A stretch of 64,000 nt of DNA from Acidobacteriota bacterium (GCA_040755995.1 JBFMAF010000037.1:128001-192000); one strand, 5' to 3'; shown: positions 29,437-38,756, numbered from the stretch's first letter. Notes: generated by a model from the sequence alone, not told the origin. Program-made: numbers and translations.

Positions 29437-29599
29437 CCCCCGGGAGCTCTTCAAGCCCTACAATCCGTGCATTCAGATTCACTCCGACCAGGTACATGCG
29501 AACGGATTCGGGCTTGACCTCGCTGCCGACAGGCAGCCCATCGGCGCGTGCATGGGATTCCCGATCCGGCTTGCCGAGAGAAAGGACAGCCTCACCTGT
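29437..29599 (-). pseudogene. Remnant of the N-terminal domain of an SBBP-repeat protein
   Basis: Reads TGEAVLSL...VRMYLVGVNLNARIVGLEELPG, resembling the domain that precedes SBBP propellers; no start and no repeats follow. Confidence 0.5.
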
Positions 29600-29816
29600 G
29601 CATATCCGAGGGCCTCGCCGTGCTGCCGCGCGACAATGTGGGCGCCAGAATTCGGCGCCAGTGTGGTGCGACGGTCAGCCGACCTGGTTCCCGGCACCGG
29701 GCTGCGCAGTTAGGTTTTCTGAACGGCATCACCAGGCAGTTATCTTTGCTACACCCGTGCGGCCCCGAATGGGCATGAAGAGACGGTCCGAATTGCGCAA
29801 GTCACCGCGCACTCGC

Positions 29817-29832
29817 TGGCACGCTACCTGCT
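29817..29832 (+). promoter_or_regulatory. sigma54 -24/-12 promoter
   Basis: TGGCACGCTACCTGCT (GG-N10-GC), about 36 nt before the ATG, with an AAGGAGG RBS. Confidence 0.6.
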
Positions 29833-29868
29833 ATTGCCTGGTCAGCTGTCTCAACAAGGAGGAACTGC

Positions 29869-30498
29869 ATGGTGCCATATCTCGTGGCCGGAATGCTGAT
29901 GGCGGCGTGCGCGGCGTGGAGTTCTGTTGGAGCGCAGGAGGTTCTGGGAGGGAGCAATGACTACTTCCCCTTGGCGGTGGGAAACCAGTGGACCTACATC
30001 GTGAGGGATGCGGACGGAGGGGAGCGGAGCGTCGAGGTCTGTGTCGAGAGCAGATGGGGAGGAAGCTACGGTAGGCCGCCATATTGCTTGCTGCTGCACT
30101 ACAACGGAGCTGCCCACTGGGTGTGCGCGACACCCACCGGAAAGATATACGAGTATCCCGCGCGAATGTGGTACTGCCCGCGGGCGAGTGCCGGGACATC
30201 CTGGACCATGGACATTCAGGGCGCTCCGGGTGGCCGCATACTCTGTACAGATGGCGCGACACTGGAGATCAAGAGTCGGGACGAATCGGTGAGCGTTCCT
30301 GCTGGCGACTTCACTGCGGTCCACATTCAATTCACCACAGGGTGTTATGACGGCGGCATCACTGGCGAGTGGTTCGCGCCTGGCGTCGGGCTCGTCAAAC
30401 GGATCGAAACCAGCTTCCTCGGTCCGGTGACATGGGAGCTGATCAGCGCCCGGATAGACGGACGAGAGATACCCGGCACGCGCCCCTCCTCGCCCTGA
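29869..30498 (+). CDS. Secreted hypothetical beta-rich protein
   Basis: Signal peptide; DYFPLAVGNQWTY, VSVPAGDF, EWFAPGVGLVK motifs. Confidence 0.8.
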   Translation: MVPYLVAGMLMAACAAWSSVGAQEVLGGSNDYFPLAVGNQWTYIVRDADGGERSVEVCVESRWGGSYGRPPYCLLLHYNGAAHWVCATPTGKIYEYPARMWYCPRASAGTSWTMDIQGAPGGRILCTDGATLEIKSRDESVSVPAGDFTAVHIQFTTGCYDGGITGEWFAPGVGLVKRIETSFLGPVTWELISARIDGREIPGTRPSSP

Positions 30499-30676
30499 TC
30501 GGGTCGCCGCGATTCCATGCAGCCACATCATGCCGATGGCTCTCCAGTTGCGCCCGTCCACGCCGGGCTGCCTGGACCGCCGCACGAGAATCACGACGCC
30601 ACTCAGGATGCACTGATAATGAGGGTGCCGGATCTCGACAAGATGAATGATCCGGCCAGACGGCGGGGGCCTGATC

Positions 30677-33172
30677 TCAGTCTCCTTTGGGCCGTGAACG
30701 CCACGGGTGGAGGAGTATCGCAGAAAGGAGTAGTCCGCCCATGGCGAGCCACCAGCCGTGGCGCTGCCATCTCGGCAGGCCGATGAGTGCGATCGTCCTG
30801 TCAGCATCGCCGACGATGATGAACGCAGCCCAATCCCGCGGCTGCACTCCGGGCGTGGAATGCAGAAGACTCAACTTGGCCGAACACAGGGCGCGCGCAG
30901 GGGTCATCCCTTCAGTAATCCGGCGATAGAAGCATTCCATGAGCCGTGCCGATTGGAGGTCATCGACCCTCCAGAGACTGGCCACGACGGACCTCGCCCC
31001 GGCGTAGATGAATGCGCGCGCGAGGCTCTGCGCTCCTTCGCCGTCGAGAAGGCGCCCGCGCGCCGTCTGGCATGCCGACATTACCACCAATTCCGAGGGT
31101 ACCCGTCGCGCGTAGATCTCGTCGGCGACGAGCAGCCCATCTTCGCCCGGGCCCGATGCCAGGAGCAATCCCGCACGGCTTCCTCGGTGTTCGTCGATAA
31201 ATCCGTGCGTCGCGAAATGCACGACGCGTGCTCCATTGCTCATGATGCTCTTGACGCGCGCCTCCCGCGCCTCGCCTCCTACGAGAACTGTCGCGCCGTT
31301 CCCCGCGTACTTCGCGGCCCTCCTCGCTTCCACTTCCGCGTAAGGGATCGGCACGAGCAGGGCGGGATCTTCTGCGAGCACGGCTCTAACCGATTCAGAG
31401 CCGCTCCGTCCAGGTGCCTTCAGAGTCGGGTTCGCGACGACCAGCATGACGGTCGGCCATTTCGTACTCTGCGGGGTCCGACGGAGCTCGGACCAGACGG
31501 TCACCGAGGGGAGATAGGATACGGTGTAGTCCTCGATCAGGAACGATGGTCCGTCGCTGCTGCCTGCTGCGCCGCCGGTGATCAGCGCCTCGAATGGCAG
31601 GCTGTTGAGCGCGCCGTCCGGGAGCACGATCAAGCGGCGAATGCGCGATGGGAGCCACGTCCGCAGCGGGGCGATGAGGTCTCTGTAAAGCCTTGACCCG
31701 ACGGCCTGCCAGCCGGAATCGCCCGCGGCTCCCAGAAGCTCAATGTAGTTGCGCACCCTCTCGGTCAACTCCTCCGGGTCGATACCGATGCGTCCGGCGC
31801 GCAGCCCCTGCCTCGTCACGACAAACGCGTACACTGATTCGGTCGTGATCGCGTAGGCGACCAGCGCTGTCTGAGAGTCGAGCATTGACCGGACCTGCGG
31901 CAACCGTAGGGGCACTGCAGATGCAGGCGGCACCTCAGTTCCGCTGCGGGCGGCGGCGAGAGCATCGGCCATGGTCCGGGCTCGCGCGCGCTCAAGCAGT
32001 TCGAATGCACGATCATCATCCCCAGCTGCATGCGATAGCTCGTACCGGGTCATCAGCGCATCGATGGCACCGAGGTAGGTGGCCTGCTGGTTGCTGATCA
32101 GGCCACTCCGTCGCTCCTCATCGTTCAGATCCCTGCGCACGCCCTCGACAGTTGCTATCGCACGATCATACCAGGCAACAGCCGCGTCTAGATTTCCTGA
32201 TCGAAGGTGCGCACGGGCGACACATCCGTATCCGTTCCACGCCAACTGCCCTGCATGAGATTCGAAGATGCGTATGGCCTCCTGCAAGTCCCGCCTCGCC
32301 CCTTCCGGATCCTGTTCAGAGCGGAGGCCGGCCAGTGCGACGAGGTCGGTCGCCGCAGCGGGGAGGCGATGCCAGCGAAAGTTCAGATCGAGTGACTGCC
32401 TGATCGCGTCGATGGCTCCCTCGATATCTCCTTGCTGCTCCCGCGCGACACTCAGCCCACTGAGGGTCCACGCGCGGTTGATCTGGTCGTCATCGGTCAG
32501 ATCGAGCGCCCTGACGAAGCAATCTTCAGCCTGTTGAGCGTTTCCGGCGTCCAGGTAGAGCAATCCCATCCGGATCAGAGTACCCTGGATGCCGAGGGCC
32601 GATGCGAGGTCCATCCAGATCTGCAGGGACTGCCGGTAGAGAGCGAGGGCCTCCTGGGGATCCCCAAGTGTTTCGTATGCCATGCCCAGATTCTCGATTG
32701 TCGACGCGCTCTCATCGGAGGCACCCAGGTCACGGAAGATCACTTCAGCCTTTTGAAGACACAAGATGGCGTCCTCGAATTGACCCGTGTACTTCCGAGC
32801 AATGCCGCTATCCTTGAGGGCCAGTGCCTCTCCGTAGAGGTCTCCAGCCTCCCTCATGAGCCGGCGTGCGTGGTCGAACGCGTCTCGCGCATCGGGAAAT
32901 AGAAACAGTCCGAAGAGCGCATTGCCCCGTTGCTCCTCGGCCCACGCGGCAGCCCGCCGATCCAACCCCGCCTCGGCCTCGACCAACCATCTCGTCGCAG
33001 CCGCCAGCGCTCTCTCGTGATCACCCCGGCGGACCAGATCGCCGATCTGCTGTGCCCGCTCCGGGACCTCGTACGCGCTTAACACAGGGGCGAGCCATAC
33101 GATCGCCGTGAGACCCCAGGCCGCCGCGCGCAGGAGAGACGGCACCCGTTGCGCAAACCGATTATCACTCAC
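30677..33172 (-). CDS. TPR-CHAT (caspase-like, clan CD) protease with signal peptide and C-terminal TM
   Basis: GTG 33172 (GTGA overlap); TPR repeats; ERARAR; IVLPDGALNSLPFEAL; HFATHG; VMSACQT; SLWRVDD; WAAF; C-terminal hydrophobic helix. Confidence 0.9.
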   Translation of the reverse strand: MSDNRFAQRVPSLLRAAAWGLTAIVWLAPVLSAYEVPERAQQIGDLVRRGDHERALAAATRWLVEAEAGLDRRAAAWAEEQRGNALFGLFLFPDARDAFDHARRLMREAGDLYGEALALKDSGIARKYTGQFEDAILCLQKAEVIFRDLGASDESASTIENLGMAYETLGDPQEALALYRQSLQIWMDLASALGIQGTLIRMGLLYLDAGNAQQAEDCFVRALDLTDDDQINRAWTLSGLSVAREQQGDIEGAIDAIRQSLDLNFRWHRLPAAATDLVALAGLRSEQDPEGARRDLQEAIRIFESHAGQLAWNGYGCVARAHLRSGNLDAAVAWYDRAIATVEGVRRDLNDEERRSGLISNQQATYLGAIDALMTRYELSHAAGDDDRAFELLERARARTMADALAAARSGTEVPPASAVPLRLPQVRSMLDSQTALVAYAITTESVYAFVVTRQGLRAGRIGIDPEELTERVRNYIELLGAAGDSGWQAVGSRLYRDLIAPLRTWLPSRIRRLIVLPDGALNSLPFEALITGGAAGSSDGPSFLIEDYTVSYLPSVTVWSELRRTPQSTKWPTVMLVVANPTLKAPGRSGSESVRAVLAEDPALLVPIPYAEVEARRAAKYAGNGATVLVGGEAREARVKSIMSNGARVVHFATHGFIDEHRGSRAGLLLASGPGEDGLLVADEIYARRVPSELVVMSACQTARGRLLDGEGAQSLARAFIYAGARSVVASLWRVDDLQSARLMECFYRRITEGMTPARALCSAKLSLLHSTPGVQPRDWAAFIIVGDADRTIALIGLPRWQRHGWWLAMGGLLLSAILLHPWRSRPKGD

Positions 33173-33882
33173 CGGTTCGCCTTGTCCGACTTCTCGACTG
33201 TGAACTCGAAAAGAGGCGAGTCGAGGCGATCGATTCCGATCTGGGCCGTCACACGCCAGTACCACCTCCCATCGCCGGCCAGGACCGAACGGACGCTGGA
33301 CGGAATCGGAATTCCATTGGCTTCGACGGCCGGACTCGACCAGATCGACTTGGATTCGAAATCATACACGGTGACCCTGTAGGTCTCCGCGCCGGTCACA
33401 GTAGTCCATTCAAGACGCTCAGGGGCGGTCCTGAGGCGCGCGGAATTCATCGGGTTCACCGCGACGAAGCGGCTGGGCGTGCCGCGCACGGAGGAATCCG
33501 GACGGTCTGGAAGCCGGCCGAGCTGCCACAGGGTCAGTGCGAAGAAGCCCGTCGCCGCAAGCGTGGCAGCAGATGCCACCAGCCGCCAGCGTGGGAGTGG
33601 GATGCGAAGACCCGACAGGGAGAACCGGCGCCTGAGTGCCTGCTGCGACGTCGGATGGACGGCCTCCGGCTGCGTCTGGAGCGTCTTGAGAGCCTGGAGT
33701 TCGGAGGAGCATTCAGAACAATCGATGAGGTGGGCAACCAGCATCGACCTCCACTCCGGATCGACCTCCCCCGAGAGGAATCGAATGAGTTCGTGCGGCT
33801 GGATGCAGTCCTGACGCCGCTGCTGGCATCTCGACGTGGAGTCGGCGTACAACGCTTTGAGCCCGCGGTCATCCAATTTCAT
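33169..33882 (-). CDS. zf-HC2 transmembrane anti-sigma factor
   Basis: HLIDCSEC (HxxxCxxC), a single TM, then VRG and an FN3/Ig-like domain (WYWRVTA). Confidence 0.8.
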   Translation of the reverse strand: MKLDDRGLKALYADSTSRCQQRRQDCIQPHELIRFLSGEVDPEWRSMLVAHLIDCSECSSELQALKTLQTQPEAVHPTSQQALRRRFSLSGLRIPLPRWRLVASAATLAATGFFALTLWQLGRLPDRPDSSVRGTPSRFVAVNPMNSARLRTAPERLEWTTVTGAETYRVTVYDFESKSIWSSPAVEANGIPIPSSVRSVLAGDGRWYWRVTAQIGIDRLDSPLFEFTVEKSDKANR

Positions 33883-34438
33883 AGTCGATGCCCTCCTCCC
33901 GGAGAAACGCGCGCATGTCCTTGAGCCCCCGATAGGTCAGGTTGCGTGTCTTGGGTTCGCTCCATTTCAGCATGTCAGCGACATCGAGGACCGAGAATCC
34001 CTGGAGGTACAATCCCACCACCAGCCGGCGCTCATCCGACAGTCGGGTGAGAGAACGGCGGATCTTCTGTTCCACTTCCCGCCCCTGTGCTATCCGATCG
34101 GGCGATGCGACAGGATCGGCCGGCAGAAGCGCGTGCGCGGGCGGAGCGTCCTCGCGGCCCTCCCCGTCTGTCTCGAGCTGCTCCTCCCGTCTCGCCTTCA
34201 CGCGGCGAATGGCGTCGATCGTGGTCGTCATCGTGACCCTCCATATATAAGACGGATAGTTCGTGATTTCTCTCCCACTGCTCATCGCCTGCCAGATCTT
34301 CAACAGGGCTTCCTGCTCAATGTCATCCGAGCTCAGCCCCATGCCGGAGGGGCAGGCGCGGAGGACTGCCCTGTGCAACAGGGGACCGAACTCGCGGACG
34401 AACTCATCGAATGCCTGATACGTCCGCTGATCAGTCAT
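33869..34438 (-). CDS. ECF RNA polymerase sigma factor
   Basis: DDIEQEALLKIW, TTIDAIRR, YLQGFSVLDVADML, RNLTYRG; start placed at ATG 34438. Confidence 0.9.
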   Translation of the reverse strand: MTDQRTYQAFDEFVREFGPLLHRAVLRACPSGMGLSSDDIEQEALLKIWQAMSSGREITNYPSYIWRVTMTTTIDAIRRVKARREEQLETDGEGREDAPPAHALLPADPVASPDRIAQGREVEQKIRRSLTRLSDERRLVVGLYLQGFSVLDVADMLKWSEPKTRNLTYRGLKDMRAFLREEGIDYEIG

Positions 34439-34586
34439 CTGCTGCCCCGCTTCGGACCAGGATAGCACAGTTGGAAGCGCGGGGCCGGCGAGATCGCGGT
34501 TTGGCGCACGAGTGAGAGGGGAGGATCTGTTGAACCGTCCCTTGAGTAGGAAGCATTCCGACGGCGTCGCGAGTGCGAAGGAGGTC

Positions 34587-36461
34587 ATGATGAAGAACGA
34601 GAGGCGGGACAAGGAGCGTGGCATGGCTCTGCTCATGTTGACGTTGGCGGTCGCGATGCTGGCTACGACTGCGCGCAGCGAAGAGCAAGAGACGAGCTCG
34701 GGGGGCATCAGCGACCCGCATCTCGTCCTCGTCCCGCCCGCCCGGCCATTGCCCCCTGCCGGCAGCGCTTTCGTGGAGCCGGTTTTCGGCACAACTCTGC
34801 GGCGGGTTTCCAACCTCAGCGACAGCGGCGGATTCGAGACGCAGATCTATTCGCAGCTTCAGGCGTTCAGCAGCGACGGCGCGTATCTTCTCACAACGGG
34901 ATCGCAAGGCTATCAGGTGCGACGGATGAGCGATCTGGCGGTGGTGAGCGGCCTGGATCTCCAGGACATCAATGTGCCCCGCTGGCACCCGGCTCGTCCG
35001 CACGTGCTCATCCACTTCGACACCAACGGCGACGATGACCTCAGCCTCCAGTTCACCGACGTCGACGCGAAAACGACCAGGGACGTCGCAGTTCTCCCGG
35101 GCTATGCGGGTATCTTCGGAAATCAGTCTTTTGACGAGGTGTCGCGAGACGGCCGTTGGGTAGCGGGGCTGGCTCGTCGGAGCTCCGACAGCGAGCCGGT
35201 CATTTTCGCCTATGACATGATCGGCCTGAGCTTCGGAGCACAGATGCCCCTGGCCGATCTCTACGACGGCAATCCCTGCCAGCCGGATCCACAGTGGGGG
35301 CAGGTCTGGCCGGACTGGATCGCGCCGTCCCCGCTCGGCACCTGTCTTGTCGTGCAATGGCCGGGCGACGGCACCGAAGGCTGTCGCGGCATGGAGACCT
35401 ATGATATTCGGTCGGGCGCGTTCATCGGTCGGCCATATTCAGGGCATCAGCACGGCGACCTGGGGATTTCACTCGACGGCCGCGAGTTCTTCTTGACGTA
35501 CGAGACCGACCATCCGGGCGGCACCCTGGCCATCGGCTGCCACTGGCTGCCCGGACCGCCGAGCGGCTCGGGCTCGCCCAACTACATCCTGACGATGGGC
35601 TGGCACGGAGCTCACATCTCGTGCCAGGGCCCGCCGGGTTCTTGCCTGATCACGAGCAGCGAGAACCCGTTCGAGTCGGCCTGGCAGCCGCTCGAGGCCG
35701 AGCTCTTTCTTCTGGACCTGAACGGCGGCGTCCTGCGCCTGGCGCACCATCGTTCGACCGAGTGTGGCTACTGGGTGCAGCCGCGCGGAACGATCTCGAT
35801 GGACGGACGCTACGTGGCCTTCGCGTCGGATTGGGGGCGGGGAGGCGGGTGCGGCGGCGGGGGTCTGGGTGAGGGAGATCCATATGTCATCGAGCTCGAT
35901 TCCACTCCGCCCTCCAATCGTCCCCCCATTGCCAAGGCCGGTGCGGACCGGTCCGTTCCGGTAGGATCGGCCGTCGTCCTGGACGGCACCGGCAGCTCCG
36001 ATCCGGATGGCGATGCCATCACCTTCTCGTGGAGGCAGACGTGGGGCACATCGGTGGCGCTATCCGGCGCCGCCACGGCGACGCCGTCCTTCACCGCGCC
36101 CGCCGCGGCAGAGACGCTCCGCTTCGAGTTGACCGTTCGCGATCAGACGCTCTCCGCGTCGGACCAGATCGAAGTCACGGTGTCCGGATCGGGAGGCGGC
36201 GCCGTCCCACGCATCACGCGCGTCACCAGCAGGGGCTGGCATCCGGGGAACGTGGCCGTGATCAGAGGGCAGAACTTCGGAAGTGGCAACAATGAGACAG
36301 TTGTCATGATCGGCGGGCACCGGGCCCCGCTGCTGAGCTCGACCAGCACCCGAATCAGGTGTCGTCTCCCGCGCCAGCTCGTGGGCAATACGCGGGTCGA
36401 CGTCTATGTGATCGTCGACGGAAGACGGAGCAACATTGTGTGGATACGGATCAGAGCGTAG
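34587..36461 (+). CDS. Secreted beta-propeller + PKD-like + C-terminal IPT/TIG protein
   Basis: AAGGAGG RBS, signal peptide, EPVFGTTLRRVS, RLAHHRS, ISMDGRYVAFASDW, NRPPIAKAGAD...DPDGD, IPT tail. Confidence 0.8.
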   Translation: MMKNERRDKERGMALLMLTLAVAMLATTARSEEQETSSGGISDPHLVLVPPARPLPPAGSAFVEPVFGTTLRRVSNLSDSGGFETQIYSQLQAFSSDGAYLLTTGSQGYQVRRMSDLAVVSGLDLQDINVPRWHPARPHVLIHFDTNGDDDLSLQFTDVDAKTTRDVAVLPGYAGIFGNQSFDEVSRDGRWVAGLARRSSDSEPVIFAYDMIGLSFGAQMPLADLYDGNPCQPDPQWGQVWPDWIAPSPLGTCLVVQWPGDGTEGCRGMETYDIRSGAFIGRPYSGHQHGDLGISLDGREFFLTYETDHPGGTLAIGCHWLPGPPSGSGSPNYILTMGWHGAHISCQGPPGSCLITSSENPFESAWQPLEAELFLLDLNGGVLRLAHHRSTECGYWVQPRGTISMDGRYVAFASDWGRGGGCGGGGLGEGDPYVIELDSTPPSNRPPIAKAGADRSVPVGSAVVLDGTGSSDPDGDAITFSWRQTWGTSVALSGAATATPSFTAPAAAETLRFELTVRDQTLSASDQIEVTVSGSGGGAVPRITRVTSRGWHPGNVAVIRGQNFGSGNNETVVMIGGHRAPLLSSTSTRIRCRLPRQLVGNTRVDVYVIVDGRRSNIVWIRIRA

Positions 36462-36546
36462 CATACTTTGCGCGATCAGAATCGGGGAAGGGCACGCAGC
36501 CTGAGTCTATTCACAGCGTCTTCTCCATCGCAGAACCACAATATCT

Positions 36547-36580
36547 GGTGGCTGCCCGCTCCAAGGCCGGGACAGCCACC
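36547..36580 (+). other. Strong hairpin just upstream of an RBS
   Basis: GGTGGCTG-CCCG ... CGGG-a-CAGCCACC, 12-bp stem with one bulge. Confidence 0.5.
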
Positions 36581-36598
36581 CATTCGAGGAGGATCCGA

Positions 36599-38743
36599 AT
36601 GAACCATGAATCTCCTGCTATACATCACATCCGGCAACGCGCCGCCCCGGTCGCGGTCTGCGCGGCGCTCTCACTCTGTGTGCTGTCCCCCCGGGGCCTG
36701 ACCGGCGGGTCGGAGGATTCCGGTGCGCTGCAGCAATTCACGGCCGGCGCGCATGTGCTCGGGTTCGATCAGAGCGCGATTCACGTGGCATCTCGCGACC
36801 ACATGCTGAGGGTGCAGATGGTAGGGGCGCGGGAGGTGGGGCCAGTGGCGGAGAGCGCGGGCGCAACTGCGACGGCGAATGGCACCGCCCAGCCATTGGG
36901 ACACGTCTACTACACGGACGCGTGGGACGGGGTGACCGTGGTCCACGAGGCCACCGATCAATCCGTTGTGAAGACGGCTTATCGGGTTGCCGCAGGGGCG
37001 GGGAGGGAGGCGATCGAGCGCATTCGCCTTCGCTACAACCGCCCCGTGCGCGCGGACGATGCGGGCGGACTGGCGATCTCATACGAGAGCGGCGAGATGA
37101 TCGCCAGCGCTCCTGCTGCGTGGCAAGAGACCGAGACGGGCCGAACGACGGTCCAGGCTGAATACCGCATCGTGGGTGAGGGGGAAGCGGGGTTGGACGT
37201 AGGCGCATTTGATCCGAACCTTCCTCTTGTCATCGATGGTGAGCTGGTCTGGAACACCTTCCTCGGCGGCAGCGGCGATGACAGCGGATATGGCATCGCG
37301 GTTGACGGCAGCGGAAACGCATACGTGACCGGGTACAGCGCTGCATCATGGGGTTCGCCCCTCAGGGCGCACACTGCGGACTATGACGCCTTCGCGGCGA
37401 AGCTGGATGCCAACGGGTCGCTGGTCTGGAACACCTTCCTCGGCGGCAGCGGCAGTGACATCGGTTATGGCATCGCGGTTGACGGCAGTGGAAACGCGTA
37501 CGTGACAGGGTCCAGCGGGTACATCGGTGCATCATGGGGTTCGCCCGTCAGGGCGTACACCGCGCAGTATGACGGCTTCGCGGCGAAGTTGGACGCCAAT
37601 GGCTCGTTGGTCTGGAACACCTTCCTCGGCGGCAGCGGCGATGACGCCGGAAATGGCATCGCGGTTGACGGCAGTGGAAACGCGTACGTAACTGGGTACA
37701 GCAATGCATCATGGGGCTCGCCCGTCAGGACGTACAGCGCAGGCACTGACGCCTTCGCGGCGAAGCTGGATGGCAACGGGTCGCTGGTCTGGAGCAGCTT
37801 TCTCGGCGGCAGCGGCGCCGACTTTGGAAATGGCATCGCGGTTGGGGGCGGTGGATACGCGTACGTGACCGGGAGCAGCTCCACCGCCTGGGGCTCACCC
37901 GTCAGGGCGTACGCTGCGGACTATGACGGCTTCGCGGCAAAGTTGGATGCCAACGGGTCGGTGGTCTGGAACACGTTCCTCGGCGGCAGCGCCAGAGACA
38001 TGGGATATGGCATTGCGCTTGACAGCAGTGGAAACGCGTACCTGACCGGGTTTAGCCTTGCGACCTGGGGCGCGCCTGTCAGGGCGTACGCTGGGTGGTA
38101 TGACGGCTTCGCGACGAAGCTGGATGCGAACGGGTCGGTGGTCTGGAACACGTTCCTCGGCAGCACCAGCTCCGACGTCGGACGTGGCATTGCGCTTGAC
38201 GGCAGTGGAAACGCGTACGTGACCGGGTTCAGCCTTGCCACCTGGGGCACGCCTGCCAGAGCGTACACGGCAGGCTGGGACGGCTTCGCCGCGAAGCTCA
38301 ATGCGAGCGGATCATTGGTCTGGAACAGCTTCCTCGGCGGCAGCGGCCTTGACGACGCGGCCGGCATTGCGGTTGACGGCAATGGAAACCCGTACGTGGC
38401 GGGGTACAGCGAGGCTGGCTGGGGCTCACCGGTCAGGGCGTACACGGCAGACTGGGACGGCTTCGTCGCGAAGCTCGCGCAGAATTCCCCCGGTCCCACG
38501 ATCACGCGGATCAAGTCAAGGCGAGCCACTCGCGGGAGTGCGGCCACAATCATCGGCACCGGCTTCTCGACCACGAAGAGCGAGAACGTCGTCTACTTCG
38601 ACACGAAGAAGGCCCAGGTGAAGACTGCAACAACGACCAGGCTGAGGGTGACGATTCCGACCAACAGCAAGAAGGGCAAGGTCATGGTGTACGTGGCAGT
38701 CAAGGGGGTCAAGAGCAATGCCGTGCAGTTCACGGTGAAGTAG
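36599..38743 (+). CDS. Secreted SBBP-repeat beta-propeller protein with C-terminal IPT/TIG domain
   Basis: GAGGAGG RBS; seven WNTFLGGSG.D.G.GIAVDGSGNAYVTG repeats; IPT tail. Confidence 0.88.
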   Translation: MNHESPAIHHIRQRAAPVAVCAALSLCVLSPRGLTGGSEDSGALQQFTAGAHVLGFDQSAIHVASRDHMLRVQMVGAREVGPVAESAGATATANGTAQPLGHVYYTDAWDGVTVVHEATDQSVVKTAYRVAAGAGREAIERIRLRYNRPVRADDAGGLAISYESGEMIASAPAAWQETETGRTTVQAEYRIVGEGEAGLDVGAFDPNLPLVIDGELVWNTFLGGSGDDSGYGIAVDGSGNAYVTGYSAASWGSPLRAHTADYDAFAAKLDANGSLVWNTFLGGSGSDIGYGIAVDGSGNAYVTGSSGYIGASWGSPVRAYTAQYDGFAAKLDANGSLVWNTFLGGSGDDAGNGIAVDGSGNAYVTGYSNASWGSPVRTYSAGTDAFAAKLDGNGSLVWSSFLGGSGADFGNGIAVGGGGYAYVTGSSSTAWGSPVRAYAADYDGFAAKLDANGSVVWNTFLGGSARDMGYGIALDSSGNAYLTGFSLATWGAPVRAYAGWYDGFATKLDANGSVVWNTFLGSTSSDVGRGIALDGSGNAYVTGFSLATWGTPARAYTAGWDGFAAKLNASGSLVWNSFLGGSGLDDAAGIAVDGNGNPYVAGYSEAGWGSPVRAYTADWDGFVAKLAQNSPGPTITRIKSRRATRGSAATIIGTGFSTTKSENVVYFDTKKAQVKTATTTRLRVTIPTNSKKGKVMVYVAVKGVKSNAVQFTVK
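37244..38477 (+). repeat. Seven intragenic tandem repeats of 177 bp (one of 186 bp)
   Basis: Units start at 37244, 37421, 37607, 37784, 37961, 38138 and 38315. Confidence 0.9.
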
Positions 38744-38756
38744 GCCCGCCCATCCG

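Noticed and set aside
30499..30676. Possible gene remnant or sRNA between convergent genes
   Set aside because: No frame gave a recognisable motif and no strong structure was seen.
36500..36516. Third sigma54 site upstream of the SBBP gene (GGGCACGCAGCCTGA)
   Set aside because: The -12 element is GA rather than GC and the leading T is missing; too weak to call.
37244..38477. CRISPR array or DGR template/variable repeats
   Set aside because: The repeats are in-frame protein repeats of 177 bp; there are no spacers, cas genes or reverse transcriptase in the window.
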